Below are positions 28,926-38,262 of a stretch of DNA of 64,000 nucleotides, piece after piece. Below the pieces are notes generated by a model that did no database searches, was not told the DNA's origin, and was given only the letters and a program-made list of their open reading frames with translations. The translations under genes were made by a program, and so were the position numbers. Source of the stretch: Candidatus Limnocylindrales bacterium (GTDB lineage: Bacteria > Chloroflexota > Limnocylindria > Limnocylindrales > CSP1-4); NCBI GenBank assembly GCA_035692005.1, contig DASSII010000101.1, forward strand, positions 35,470 to 99,469, read 5' to 3'. Position 1 is the stretch's first letter, and each line of letters starts with the position of its first letter.

Positions 28926-30181
28926 TTGTCCACCCCGCCCATGATCGGGTCGAGCGAGGCCATGACCGCCATCGTGTCGGCGATGAGGTTGCCGGGCGTC
29001 ATGACCCCGACCGCCTGGAGGTGGATGAACGAGGGGTCGTGGATGCGCATCCGGAACGGCTGGTGTGTCCCGTCGCTGATGGCATAGGTCGCGTACTGTC
29101 CGCGCGGACCCTCGACGGCCGCGTATGCCCGTCCCGGTCGTGGTCGGATGAGCCGCGGCAGTTTGGCCATCACCGGCCCGTCCGGCATCTCGTGGAGGCA
29201 TTGGTCGATGATCCGCAGGCTCTGCCTGACCTCGTCCATGCGCAACAGGTAGCGGGCGAGGCAGTCGCCTTCGCTCCGCGTCGGGATGTCGAAATCGAGC
29301 TCCGGATACACGCTGTATGGATGCGCCCGGCGGACGTCGAAGGGCACGCCGGTCGCCCGCAGGTTCGGCCCACTGAAGCACATCCGCAGCGCCGTCTCGG
29401 TGTCGATGGTGCCCAGGCCGCGCATCCGGCGCACGAAGATTTCGTTCTCATTGAGCAGCGTATTGCCCGCCTCGATCTGCTCGGTCGCGTGGCTCATCCA
29501 GTCGCCGAGGCGGCTCATGAAGTCGTGGTTGAGATCGCCGTTGACGCCACCGATGCGGAAGTAGTTGAACAGCATCCGCTGGCCGGTCACCGCGGCCAGC
29601 ATGTCGACGATCTCGTCTCGCTCGATGAACGACCACAGGATCGGCGTCAGCCCACCGAGATCGAGCGCCATCCAGCCGAGGAACAGCGCGTGGCTGGCGA
29701 TCCGGTTCAGCTCGGCGGTCAGGACCCGGATGTACTGCGCGCGGCGCGGGACCTCGACGTCGAGCAGCTTCTCGAAGGCCATGACCGGCGACCACTCGTT
29801 GAACAGCGAGCTGACGTACTCGAGCGGATCGACCTGGCTGATGACATGGTGGTAGTCGGCGTTCTCGCACAGCTTCTCGACGCCCCGATGCAGGTAACCG
29901 AGGACAGGGTCGAGATCGACGACCTTCTCGCCGTCGAGCTTGAGCACGATCCGCAGCACGCCGTGGGTGGATGGATGCTGTGGACCCATGTTGATGAACA
30001 TCTCGCCGTCGCCGAGCGTGTAGAACTCGGCCTCGCGCTCCGTCCGCGGCGGGTACGGCGGCACCGGCTCGAAGACCCCGAGGTCGCGGTCGAGCCGGAC
30101 GCGCGGGTCATCGGTCGACGCGGCGCCGGACGAGCCTTGGTCGTCGGCGTGGGTGTCGGGGCGAGGCGTGGTGGCGGTCAT
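28922..30181 (-). CDS. nuoD: NADH-quinone oxidoreductase subunit D
   Basis: 'INMGPQHPSTHGVLRIVLKLDGE' and 'IHDPSFIHLQAV' are NuoD-type (49-kDa). Confidence 0.9.
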   Translation of the reverse strand: MTATTPRPDTHADDQGSSGAASTDDPRVRLDRDLGVFEPVPPYPPRTEREAEFYTLGDGEMFINMGPQHPSTHGVLRIVLKLDGEKVVDLDPVLGYLHRGVEKLCENADYHHVISQVDPLEYVSSLFNEWSPVMAFEKLLDVEVPRRAQYIRVLTAELNRIASHALFLGWMALDLGGLTPILWSFIERDEIVDMLAAVTGQRMLFNYFRIGGVNGDLNHDFMSRLGDWMSHATEQIEAGNTLLNENEIFVRRMRGLGTIDTETALRMCFSGPNLRATGVPFDVRRAHPYSVYPELDFDIPTRSEGDCLARYLLRMDEVRQSLRIIDQCLHEMPDGPVMAKLPRLIRPRPGRAYAAVEGPRGQYATYAISDGTHQPFRMRIHDPSFIHLQAVGVMTPGNLIADTMAVMASLDPIMGGVDK

Positions 30182-30204
30182 CGGTCGTCCGTTCGGTCTG
30201 TCGG

Positions 30205-30753
30205 TCAGGCGCCGCTGCGTCGCACGGTCGCTGCAGCCGGCGAGTTGCGGGGATCGTGGGTGCGCTCCATGGGCCGGACACCCGCACCGGGCGAGCGGGC
30301 AGCGTCGTCGGGCAGGTAGAAGTCCTTGCGCAACGGGAAGCTGCGGTAGTCGGGCGGCATATAGATGCGCCGCAGGTCACGGTTCCCCTCGAACGTGATG
30401 CCGAACATGTCGTAGGCCTCGCGCTCCATCCACTCGGCGCCCTTCCACAGGAAGGTCGCTGACGGCACCCGCGGGTCGTCGCGCGACAGGCCGCCGGCGA
30501 TGACCCGCAGCCAATCGGGCGTCGTCGTGCTCCACAAGTGGTACACGACCTGCATGACCTCACCCGTGTCGACGCCGGCCAGGTCGGCCAGGAACTGGAA
30601 CCCGAACGCCGGCTCGTCGTGGAGCGCGGTCAGCACCTGGGTCACGTCGCCCGGGCCGATGCGGATCTCGGTCTCGTCGTGGCGCTGGCGGATGGGGCCG
30701 ACCAGCTGCGCTCCGAAGCGGTCGGCGAGGCGAGCCTTGAACGCGCGATCCAT
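30205..30753 (-). CDS. nuoC: NADH-quinone oxidoreductase subunit C
   Basis: 'FLWKGAEWMEREAYDMFGITFEGNRDLRRI' is NuoC-type (30-kDa). Confidence 0.85.
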   Translation of the reverse strand: MDRAFKARLADRFGAQLVGPIRQRHDETEIRIGPGDVTQVLTALHDEPAFGFQFLADLAGVDTGEVMQVVYHLWSTTTPDWLRVIAGGLSRDDPRVPSATFLWKGAEWMEREAYDMFGITFEGNRDLRRIYMPPDYRSFPLRKDFYLPDDAARSPGAGVRPMERTHDPRNSPAAATVRRSGA

Positions 30754-30757
30754 GCCG

Positions 30758-31510
30758 CTAGACCTCGGCGGGGACGGTCGGGCCGATCGCCCGCTCCGGC
30801 CAATGCCCGCGCCGATCCTTCACCAGTTGCTGGAGCTTCATCATCCCGAAGATGAGGCCCTCCGGGCGGGGCGGACAACCCGGCACGTAGACGTCGACCG
30901 GCATGACCCGGTCGATCCCTTCGACCGTCGAGTAGCTCCGCTTGTAGCGACCGCCGGAGCAGGTGCAATCGCCCATCGCCACGGACCACTTCGGCTCGGG
31001 CATCTGCTCCCACAAGCGGACGAGTGGCCCGGCCATCTTGGTCGTCAGCGTGCCGGCGACGATCAGGACGTCGGCCTGGCGGGGGCTGGCCCGGAACGGG
31101 AACATGCCCCACCGATCCATGTCGTTCTTGGAGGTGGCGGCCGACATCATCTCGATCGCGCAGCACGCCAGGCCGGACAGCAGGGGCCACAGGCTGTTCA
31201 TCCGGATCAGGTCGAGCACGTAGTCGGCCTTCGTCGGGATCACCTCGAGCATGCCGCCCCAGCGGCCATCGTCACGCCGACCCGCCCCGCTCGCCTCGAA
31301 CTGGGCGAGGTGGGTGATGTCGGTCGGGCGACCGCCGTCGTATGCCGCCGGGTCGACCGCCTGCCAGAGCGAATTCGCCACGACGATCGGCGTCGTCAGC
31401 TCGTCCTGCGGTCGGGTCGCCGGCAGGGCCGGATGATTCGGCACGTCGGACGACACCGGAGTCTCGCCCTCGGGTCCCACCCCGAGGCGATCGTCGCCGC
31501 TCAGTGCCAT
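30758..31510 (-). CDS. nuoB: NADH-quinone oxidoreductase subunit B
   Basis: 'GLACCAIEMM', 'MGDCTCSGG' and 'VPGCPPRPE' are the N2 cluster ligands of NuoB. Confidence 0.9.
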   Translation of the reverse strand: MALSGDDRLGVGPEGETPVSSDVPNHPALPATRPQDELTTPIVVANSLWQAVDPAAYDGGRPTDITHLAQFEASGAGRRDDGRWGGMLEVIPTKADYVLDLIRMNSLWPLLSGLACCAIEMMSAATSKNDMDRWGMFPFRASPRQADVLIVAGTLTTKMAGPLVRLWEQMPEPKWSVAMGDCTCSGGRYKRSYSTVEGIDRVMPVDVYVPGCPPRPEGLIFGMMKLQQLVKDRRGHWPERAIGPTVPAEV

Positions 31511-31917
31511 GTCAGCGCGCCCTTGCGCCAGGCGTACGCCAGCCCGAACAGCAGGATCGCGACGAACACGACCATGCTGATCAAGCCGCCGAGCAGCAGG
31601 TCGTTGAACGCGATCGCCCAGAGATAGATGAAGATCACCTCGATGTCGAACGCCACGAACAGCAGGGCGTAGATGTAGAAGGACAGACCGAATCGGCCGT
31701 GCGTATCGCCGTACGTGTCGATACCGGATTCGTACGGCAGGCCCTTGTGCACGTCACCGCGGTTGCGATGCGAGACGAGCCACGCGGCGCCGATCGTCAG
31801 GAACACGAACGACACGCCCGCGAAGGCGAAGCCCACGACGTACCAGAGCTGTTCCAAGCGGACTCCCTTCGGGGGGACGTTGGAGGTGGCGGGCAGGGCG
31901 TCAGGGTGGACGTCCAC
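31501..31917 (-). CDS. nuoA: NADH-quinone oxidoreductase subunit A
   Basis: 3-TM protein 'GLPYESGIDTYGDTHGRFGLSFYIYALLFVAFDIEVIFIYLW' is NuoA-type. The start is uncertain. Confidence 0.85.
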   Translation of the reverse strand: MDVHPDALPATSNVPPKGVRLEQLWYVVGFAFAGVSFVFLTIGAAWLVSHRNRGDVHKGLPYESGIDTYGDTHGRFGLSFYIYALLFVAFDIEVIFIYLWAIAFNDLLLGGLISMVVFVAILLFGLAYAWRKGALTWH

Positions 31918-32202
31918 GCGGGCGCCATTCTAGCAGCGGCAACCGGCGGGCACGGCCGGCCGACGGGGAGCACGGCGGGCGCAGCACGCCCGGATCGACA
32001 GAGGAGGGCGTCGGTCCGGGGGCGTCCCGCCGTCGATGTCCGTGCGGGAAACCACCGACCCGGGGGGCGCGACGCGCCGAGCGCGCGTGCAGGATCACGT
32101 CCCACTCCCCGGGTGCGGTGCGGTCGTGCGACGACCGGGTCAAGCGTGACCGGACGGAGGGGCCCGGAGCAATACGGCATTCGCCCTAGTCGGGCGGCAG
32201 CG
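31918..32202 (-). promoter_or_regulatory. Putative nuo operon promoter/leader region
   Basis: A 285-nt non-coding gap sits between the MidA-like gene stop and the nuoA start. It is the only sizeable gap in a ~19-kb co-directional gene string. Confidence 0.3.
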
Positions 32203-33420
32203 TCAGGGTCGTCGTCGAGGACGTTCGGGGAGCCGATACGCGAACAGGCCCAGCGGCGGGGCTTCGGCATCGTCGGGCCAATCGCGCGCGAATGCCATGA
32301 CGACGAAGCGGCCCATCGCCGCCGGGTCGAGCAGTCGCATCAGGGCGGACCGCAGAACGGTGTACCGCTCGATGGTCGTCGTCGGATCGGCCTGGATGGC
32401 CCGGAGCCGCTGCTCGATGCCGAGGCCCATCAGCGCCTCGGCCTGGGTCGTGCTGCCGAGCGACGTCAGGCCGACCGACGCAGCCGCCCGCTCGACGGCG
32501 GTCACGTCGACGTGGGCCGTGAGGTCCTGCCGACCGACGTGCCGGTAGGGATCGTCGTGGACGCGATGCCGGACATACGCCCGCAGGGTTCCGTCTCGAC
32601 GGCGGATCGGGTCGTACAGCTCGGATGCGGGCGCGCCGTAGTCGATGAGCAGCAGCAGGCCGCGGCGGAGTGGCGCGCTCGCCGCCTCGATCCAGTCGTC
32701 GAGCGCGAGGCAGATGTCCGCCGTCTGGCCGTCGACCAGGGTGATGCCCTCCGCGACGAGACGGGCGGCGAGTGCCGGGGAACTGGGTTCGATCTCCGTC
32801 TCGACGAGCGAGCCGTCGGCGGCCACGGCGACCGCGACCTCGCGCAACCGACCGGCACGCTGGCGGACCCGGTGGACGGGGAGCGCATCGAGGATCTCGT
32901 TGCCCAGGACGACGCCGTCGAATGGTCCCGCATCGGGCGACTCCAGGTGATCCGCCAGGCCGGCGGCAGCCAGCCGCTCGCGCAGGCGCTCGACCCGACG
33001 CGGATCGACCTCGACCGCCTGGTAGCGCAGCGCGACGCCAAGCGGCATCGAGCCCGCCGCGGAGAGGATCGCTTCCGCCAGCGCGCCGTCGCCCGAGCCG
33101 TGCTCGCGCACGACGAACCGATCCGGTCGCCCGAGGCGATCCCAGACGTCGGCGACGGCGACGGCCAGCGAGGCGCCGAAGATCGGGTCGAGCTCGGGGG
33201 CGGTCAGGAAGTCCCCGCCACGTCCCGGGCGCGCTTCCGGGGAGCGGTAGTAGCCACCTGCCGGGTCGTACAGCGCGAGATCCATGAAGCGGGCGAACGG
33301 CATCGGGCCGTCCCGACGGATCTCGGTCCGGATCCGCTCGAGGAGGGCGTCGTCCTGGCCGACGTCGGGTTGCTCGACCGACGGGCGATGGTCGAGGTCG
33401 GCGCGCAACCGGCGGCTCAT
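32203..33420 (-). CDS. Class I SAM-dependent methyltransferase, MidA/NDUFAF7 (COG1565, DUF185) family
   Basis: 'FARFMDLALYDPAGGYYRS...DFLTAPELDPIFGASLA...VVREHGSGDGALAEAIL...GVVLGNEILDALPVH' matches the MidA/NDUFAF7 arrangement. The ATG at 33420 overlaps the upstream TGA (ATGA). Confidence 0.7.
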   Translation of the reverse strand: MSRRLRADLDHRPSVEQPDVGQDDALLERIRTEIRRDGPMPFARFMDLALYDPAGGYYRSPEARPGRGGDFLTAPELDPIFGASLAVAVADVWDRLGRPDRFVVREHGSGDGALAEAILSAAGSMPLGVALRYQAVEVDPRRVERLRERLAAAGLADHLESPDAGPFDGVVLGNEILDALPVHRVRQRAGRLREVAVAVAADGSLVETEIEPSSPALAARLVAEGITLVDGQTADICLALDDWIEAASAPLRRGLLLLIDYGAPASELYDPIRRRDGTLRAYVRHRVHDDPYRHVGRQDLTAHVDVTAVERAAASVGLTSLGSTTQAEALMGLGIEQRLRAIQADPTTTIERYTVLRSALMRLLDPAAMGRFVVMAFARDWPDDAEAPPLGLFAYRLPERPRRRP

Positions 33421-34502
33421 GGCCGCTGCCGCCGCGCATCGGTCGCGCCGCCCCCCGCCCGCGGGCGCAGTGCCAGCCGCAGGCCCGGGCCGACGAGCGT
33501 GTGGCCGCCGAGCACCACGGGCACGGGCGCCTCGGCCGCGGATCGGGTGAGGTCTCGGAGCCACGGGTCGACGATCGTCTCGTGGACCAGCAGGTCCGAG
33601 GCGTAGCGGTCCTCCGGTGTCGGCCAACGGCGTTCGTCCGTGCCGACGCGGTGCGCCAGCAGGACCCGGCTGTCGACCAGTGCCCCTCCCGCCAACTCGG
33701 CGACGATCCCGCCCAGCGCTCGCGCGCCGGTCCGGTCGAGCAGCAGGCCCAGCACGGAGCGCGCAGCGCGCTGGCCGGCGGCAGCCGTGCGCAGCCCGCG
33801 CTCCTCGACCAGCGCCCGCGTGCGCGACGCTGTCCCGCGCTCGAGCCAGGCCAGCTCACGGCTGGACAGGCGACCGGCCACCAGCAGCTCGGCGTGGGGA
33901 TCGGCGGCCACCCTGCGCAGGCGGGTGAGGACGGTCTGGACGCGCGCGGGCACCGCGGCGGGGAGTGCCATGGGCCAGCGTCCGCCGAGGAGAACGAGGT
34001 CGAGGGGGCCGTCGATGTCGACCGCCAGGCGAGTGTTGCCTCGCCGATCCGCGACGTGGATGCCGGCCGCGTCGGCCAGCCAGCGAGGCAACGCGTTGTC
34101 GCTGGCCAGATCCCGTGGGACCCCTGCCAGCACCGCACGCGCGCAGGCGATCGCCACGATGTCGGCGGAATAGCGGTTGTTGGCGAGGGCCCCGGGCACG
34201 TCCGCCGCGGCCGCCGCCACGAACGCGCGGCGATCCGAGGCCGTGGCCAACGGGATCGCCCCGGAGCCGAGCACGATGAGACCGCCCCGACCCAGGCCCT
34301 CGACGATGTCGCGCAACCGATCGCCGAAGGGTCGCTCGTCGGCGGGACCGACAACGACCCTGGCACGCGTCACCCCGGCAGCGAGGAACCCCGCCACATG
34401 CCGATCCGCGAGGGCTCGACGGGAGGTTGCCAGCGCCCGCGTCAGGGGGCCGGCGTCCAGCGGCGCCTCGGGGTGCAGGACCACGACGTCGACGTCGGTC
34501 AC
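33417..34502 (-). CDS. Conserved hypothetical protein (possible nucleotidyltransferase-like fold), co-operonic with the MidA-like methyltransferase
   Basis: This is the non-R-rich C-terminal 361 aa of ORF 33417..35354. The GTG at 34502 overlaps the PepE TGA (GTGA). The N-terminal part of that ORF is antisense junk over PepE. Confidence 0.5.
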   Translation of the reverse strand: MTDVDVVVLHPEAPLDAGPLTRALATSRRALADRHVAGFLAAGVTRARVVVGPADERPFGDRLRDIVEGLGRGGLIVLGSGAIPLATASDRRAFVAAAAADVPGALANNRYSADIVAIACARAVLAGVPRDLASDNALPRWLADAAGIHVADRRGNTRLAVDIDGPLDLVLLGGRWPMALPAAVPARVQTVLTRLRRVAADPHAELLVAGRLSSRELAWLERGTASRTRALVEERGLRTAAAGQRAARSVLGLLLDRTGARALGGIVAELAGGALVDSRVLLAHRVGTDERRWPTPEDRYASDLLVHETIVDPWLRDLTRSAAEAPVPVVLGGHTLVGPGLRLALRPRAGGGATDARRQRP

Positions 34503-35275
34503 GACTCGACCGCGGGCGCCAGGACATCGACCGGCAGGCGAGTCTCGACCGCGCCGTCGACGCCGGGCTCGACCCGGTAGGCGGCCGGGCCGGGATGCGC
34601 GGCGACCACCCTGACGAGCTCGGAGCCATCGAACAGTGCCGCGGCGTGATCGTCGACCGCCAAGCCAGCAGGAAGCACCCGGCGCTGCACCAGGTCGTGG
34701 TAGCGCGGACGGCGTTGCGGTTCGCCATCGTAGTGCGGGCAGTGGCTGCCCGGGATGAGCCCGAGCGCGCCCATCAGTGGCTCGATGCTCGGACCGAACG
34801 AATCGGTCGTCCCGCCGTCGAACCAGCAGATCGATCCGGCCGACCGACCAGCCAGGACGACGCCGGATTCGTGGGCCCGTCGCATCGCGCGGTCGACCCC
34901 GTGGGCGCGCCAGACGGCGAGCAGACTGGCCGTGTTGCCGCCCCCGACGAACACCGCGTCCAGCCCCAGGAGGAACGCCTCGATGTCCTCGACGGTGCGT
35001 TCGAACAGGGCGAGATCGACGACCTCGGCGGCGTCGCCGAAGACGGCCCGGAAGCGGGCCAGCCTCGTCGCGTCGTCGCCGCTGGCAGTGCCGACGTAGC
35101 ACACCCGCGGGCGCCCTCGCCCACGCACCCTCCGCGCTAGGGCGAGCCAGTATTCCTCGAGCGGCCCGAGGCCCGCATCGAGCGAGAAGGCGCCGCCACC
35201 GACGGCCATGATCGGTCGGCCGACGGGCGGAACCTGTGCGACCTCCATCGAGTCCTTCGAGTCCTTCGGATCCAT
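34499..35275 (-). CDS. Peptidase E / S51 family (cyanophycinase-like) dipeptidase
   Basis: 'RVCYVGTASGDDA...AVFVGGGNTASLLAVWRAHG...LAGRSAGSICWF' is the S51 Ser/His/Glu fold. The start is uncertain: M at 35275 or a later M. Confidence 0.7.
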   Translation of the reverse strand: MDPKDSKDSMEVAQVPPVGRPIMAVGGGAFSLDAGLGPLEEYWLALARRVRGRGRPRVCYVGTASGDDATRLARFRAVFGDAAEVVDLALFERTVEDIEAFLLGLDAVFVGGGNTASLLAVWRAHGVDRAMRRAHESGVVLAGRSAGSICWFDGGTTDSFGPSIEPLMGALGLIPGSHCPHYDGEPQRRPRYHDLVQRRVLPAGLAVDDHAAALFDGSELVRVVAAHPGPAAYRVEPGVDGAVETRLPVDVLAPAVES

Positions 35276-35298
35276 CGGGGCGATAGTAAGGTGGCGCG

Positions 35299-35943
35299 AT
35301 GTCGGACCCCACGGCGGCGTCCGCGCACTCGCGCGGAGCGGGCCGCGTGCGCACCTACCTGGGTCTTGGAGCCAACGTCGGCGATGCGGCGGGGACGCTG
35401 GCCGACGCGGTCGGCGCGATCGATGGCCTCGAAGGGATCGCGGTCCGTGATGTGTCGCGCCTGTTCGTGACGGCACCGTGGGGCGTGCCCGACCAGCCGC
35501 CGTTCCACAACGCGGTCGTGGCCGTCGACGTCCGCGCTCGTGGCGAACCGGCGGCCGCGGCGCTGGAGTTGCTGGCGCGGCTCAAGACACTCGAGCGTGC
35601 AGCAGGACGTCACGCCGGGCCCCGCTGGGGGCCCCGCGCCCTCGACCTGGACCTGCTCCTGTTCGGACGCCACCGGATCGCCGTCGAGCGGCCGCCCGAT
35701 GCTCGCTCGAACGACGCCGGCTCCGACCCGGCCAAGGCGGCGCGGTTGCTCGAGGTCCCGCATCGCGACCTCGCGGAGCGGCTCTTCGTGCTGGCTCCGC
35801 TGGCCGACCTTGCGGCGCGCCTCGTCCCGCCGGGCTGGAGCGAGACCATCGAGACGCGACGGCGCGCTGTGGCCGCCACCGAATCGCCCGATGCGGTCGT
35901 GCCGGTCGGCGAATGGGACGCGGCGGGGGTCCGCTGGCGATGA
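35299..35943 (+). CDS. folK: 2-amino-4-hydroxy-6-hydroxymethyldihydropteridine pyrophosphokinase (HPPK)
   Basis: 'YLGLGANVGD', 'PWGVPDQPPFHNAVVAV', 'ERAAGR' and 'WGPRALDLDLLLFG' are the HPPK signature. Confidence 0.8.
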   Translation: MSDPTAASAHSRGAGRVRTYLGLGANVGDAAGTLADAVGAIDGLEGIAVRDVSRLFVTAPWGVPDQPPFHNAVVAVDVRARGEPAAAALELLARLKTLERAAGRHAGPRWGPRALDLDLLLFGRHRIAVERPPDARSNDAGSDPAKAARLLEVPHRDLAERLFVLAPLADLAARLVPPGWSETIETRRRAVAATESPDAVVPVGEWDAAGVRWR

Positions 35944-35970
35944 GTGCCCGGCGGCCCGGCCCGGCGCGCG

Positions 35971-38262
35971 TCAGTCCCGGGTGGACGCGTCCCGCTGCTG
36001 GAGCGCGGTCCACACGCGCTCGGGGGTGAACGGGGCCTCTCGCAACCTGATCCCGGCAGCGCGGTAGACGGCGTTGGCGATGGCCGCGGCCACCGGGTTC
36101 AGCGAGCCTTCCCCGCCGCCCTTCGCCCCGTACAGGCCGACACCGTCGCCGCGCTCGGCGATGACCGTGCGCAGCTCTGGCAGGTCGGTCGTGCGCGGCA
36201 CGCGATAGTCGAACAGGTTCCCATTCATGAGGTTGCCGTCCTCGTAGACGAGCTCCTCCCGGGTGGCCATCCCGAGACCCATCATCGCGGCACCGATGTC
36301 CTGGCCCTCGACGAGCTGCGGGTTGATCGCGCAACCCACGTCGCCCACCGTCACCAGCCGCTCGACTCGGATCTCGCCGGTCGATTCGTCGACCGAGACC
36401 TCGACCCCGACGCAGCCGATCTCCCAGAACGGCGGCATCTCCGCCGTGTCTCCGGAACGCCGGATATAGCCGCGCCCGATCACCTCGCCGGCCGATCCAC
36501 CGAACCACGACCGGACGACAGCGCCCCAATCGTGGAAGGCGTCACCGATCCGGACCCCGCCCGGCGCCTCGATGACCGTGGGTCCGTCCGGGGCGAGGCT
36601 CTCCTGCGCCCACTGGACGAGCTGCGACCGCGCGTCACGAGCGGCAGCCCCGATGGCGAGGCCCATCAGGGTCGTCGTCCGGCTGGCGCCGGTCGAACGG
36701 TCGTAGCTCACGGCGGCCGTGTCGCTCTGGAGCAGGTGGACGCGCTCGAGGTCCACCCCGATCTCGCCGGCCGCCATCTGGGCGAGAACGGTCGACGAGC
36801 CCTGACCGATCTCGGTGCTGCCGCAGGTCACGGTGACCGAGCCGTCCGAGTGCACCCGCAGGACCGACGTCGTCATCGGCTCGGAGCCCGCATCCGATGC
36901 GGACAGGCAGATCGCCCGGCCGCGTCCGGGCGGCAGCGGAGTGTCCCAGCCGAGTTCCTCCGCGGCGAGGTCAAGGTCCGCGGGCAGGTCCGCGTCGATC
37001 CCCCGAACACCGGGCCAGGGTCGCTCCCCGGGCCGCAGGACATTCCGGCGCCGGATCTCGAGCCCGTCGATGCCGAGCCGCTCGGCGGCTTCATCCATCT
37101 GGGACTCGCCGGCGAGGGTGACCTGCGGTGCCCCGAAGCCGCGGAACGAGCTGGCCGGTGCCGTGTTCGTATAGACCGTCGAACAGGTGACCTCGAGCGC
37201 CGGGATGCGGTACGGACCTCCGAGGCGGTTGGCCGCCTTGCGGCCGACCAACGGCGAGTTCTCGGCATAGCCGCCGGTATCGAGCAGGATCGTGGCCTGG
37301 CGCCCAAGGAGGTGCCCGTCGCGGTCGAAGGCGCTGCGCAGGCGGATCGTGGCGGCGTCGCCGCGGGTGGTGAGGATCGATTCCTCGATGGACAGCGCGA
37401 GTCGGACCGGTCGCCCGGCACGCAGCGCCAACGCGGCGGTGAGTGGCTCGATCTTCGTGTACGACTTGCTCCCGTACCCGCCCCCGACGTAGGGGACGAT
37501 CACGCGCACGGCCGAGAGCGGCAGGTCGAAACAATGGGCCAGGTCCTCGCGGACCATGTATGGGTGCTGGCCCGACGTCCAGACGGTCAGCTCCCCTTCG
37601 CCCCACCTGGCGATCGCGTTGTACGGTTCCATCGCGTAGGCATACGAGCGCGGATAGCGGTACTCACCCTCGAGGACCAGGTCGGCCCGGGCGAACGCGT
37701 CGTCGATGTCGCCCCAGGCCTGGCGAGAGTGCGAGCAGACATTCGGGTGGGTGCGCTCGATGTCCTCCTCGAAGCCGCGATGCGCGCGTTGCTCGCCCGG
37801 TTTGTCGTGGATGATCGCAGCGTCCTCGGCGAGCGAGGCCGCGGCGCTCGTGCTGAACGGCAGCGGCTCGTAGTCGACGACGATGAGGCGCAACGCCTCC
37901 TCGGCCGTGACCGGATCCTCGGCGACGACACCGACCACGGGTTCACCCGCGAAGCGGACCTTGCCGGTCGCGATCAGGGGATGGTCGGCCACCGAGTGGC
38001 CGTAGATGAGGTTCACATCCGGCAGGTCGTCCGCGGTGACCACGGCGATGACGCCCGGGTGGTATCGGGCGTCGTCGGCATGGATGGCCCGGATCCTAGC
38101 GTGCGGGTACGGGCTGCGCAGGAGCTTGGCGTGGGCCAGACCGGGCATCCCGAGGTCGACCGTGAAGCGACCGGCGCCGGTGACCTTGGCGACGCCGTCG
38201 CGGCGCGGCACCGGCTCACCGATGGGCGAGGGTGGCGCAGGTCGCGTCGTGACGCGCCTCAT
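35971..38262 (-). CDS. Xanthine dehydrogenase/CO dehydrogenase-family molybdopterin-binding large subunit
   Basis: 'SSFRGFGAPQV', 'GGGYGSKS' and a C-terminal 'GGGEGSLNPVAAAIANAV'. The ATG at 38262 overlaps the small-subunit TGA. Confidence 0.8.
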   Translation of the reverse strand: MRRVTTRPAPPSPIGEPVPRRDGVAKVTGAGRFTVDLGMPGLAHAKLLRSPYPHARIRAIHADDARYHPGVIAVVTADDLPDVNLIYGHSVADHPLIATGKVRFAGEPVVGVVAEDPVTAEEALRLIVVDYEPLPFSTSAAASLAEDAAIIHDKPGEQRAHRGFEEDIERTHPNVCSHSRQAWGDIDDAFARADLVLEGEYRYPRSYAYAMEPYNAIARWGEGELTVWTSGQHPYMVREDLAHCFDLPLSAVRVIVPYVGGGYGSKSYTKIEPLTAALALRAGRPVRLALSIEESILTTRGDAATIRLRSAFDRDGHLLGRQATILLDTGGYAENSPLVGRKAANRLGGPYRIPALEVTCSTVYTNTAPASSFRGFGAPQVTLAGESQMDEAAERLGIDGLEIRRRNVLRPGERPWPGVRGIDADLPADLDLAAEELGWDTPLPPGRGRAICLSASDAGSEPMTTSVLRVHSDGSVTVTCGSTEIGQGSSTVLAQMAAGEIGVDLERVHLLQSDTAAVSYDRSTGASRTTTLMGLAIGAAARDARSQLVQWAQESLAPDGPTVIEAPGGVRIGDAFHDWGAVVRSWFGGSAGEVIGRGYIRRSGDTAEMPPFWEIGCVGVEVSVDESTGEIRVERLVTVGDVGCAINPQLVEGQDIGAAMMGLGMATREELVYEDGNLMNGNLFDYRVPRTTDLPELRTVIAERGDGVGLYGAKGGGEGSLNPVAAAIANAVYRAAGIRLREAPFTPERVWTALQQRDASTRD

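Noticed and set aside
25308-29087. (+) ORFs 25308..27050 and 27348..29087; the N-terminal 177 aa of ORF 25605..27431; the N-terminal 205 aa of ORF 22960..26223
   Set aside because: Antisense to nuoF/nuoI/nuoH, or R-rich extensions upstream of the true ATGA-coupled starts at 26900 and 25608.
31342-34366. (+) ORF 31342..33606, (−) ORF 32186..34366, and the N-terminal 284 aa of ORF 33417..35354
   Set aside because: Arg/Pro-rich junk overlapping the MidA-like gene, gene X and PepE in other frames; only the C-terminal 361 aa of 33417..35354 looks protein-like and is GTGA-coupled to PepE.
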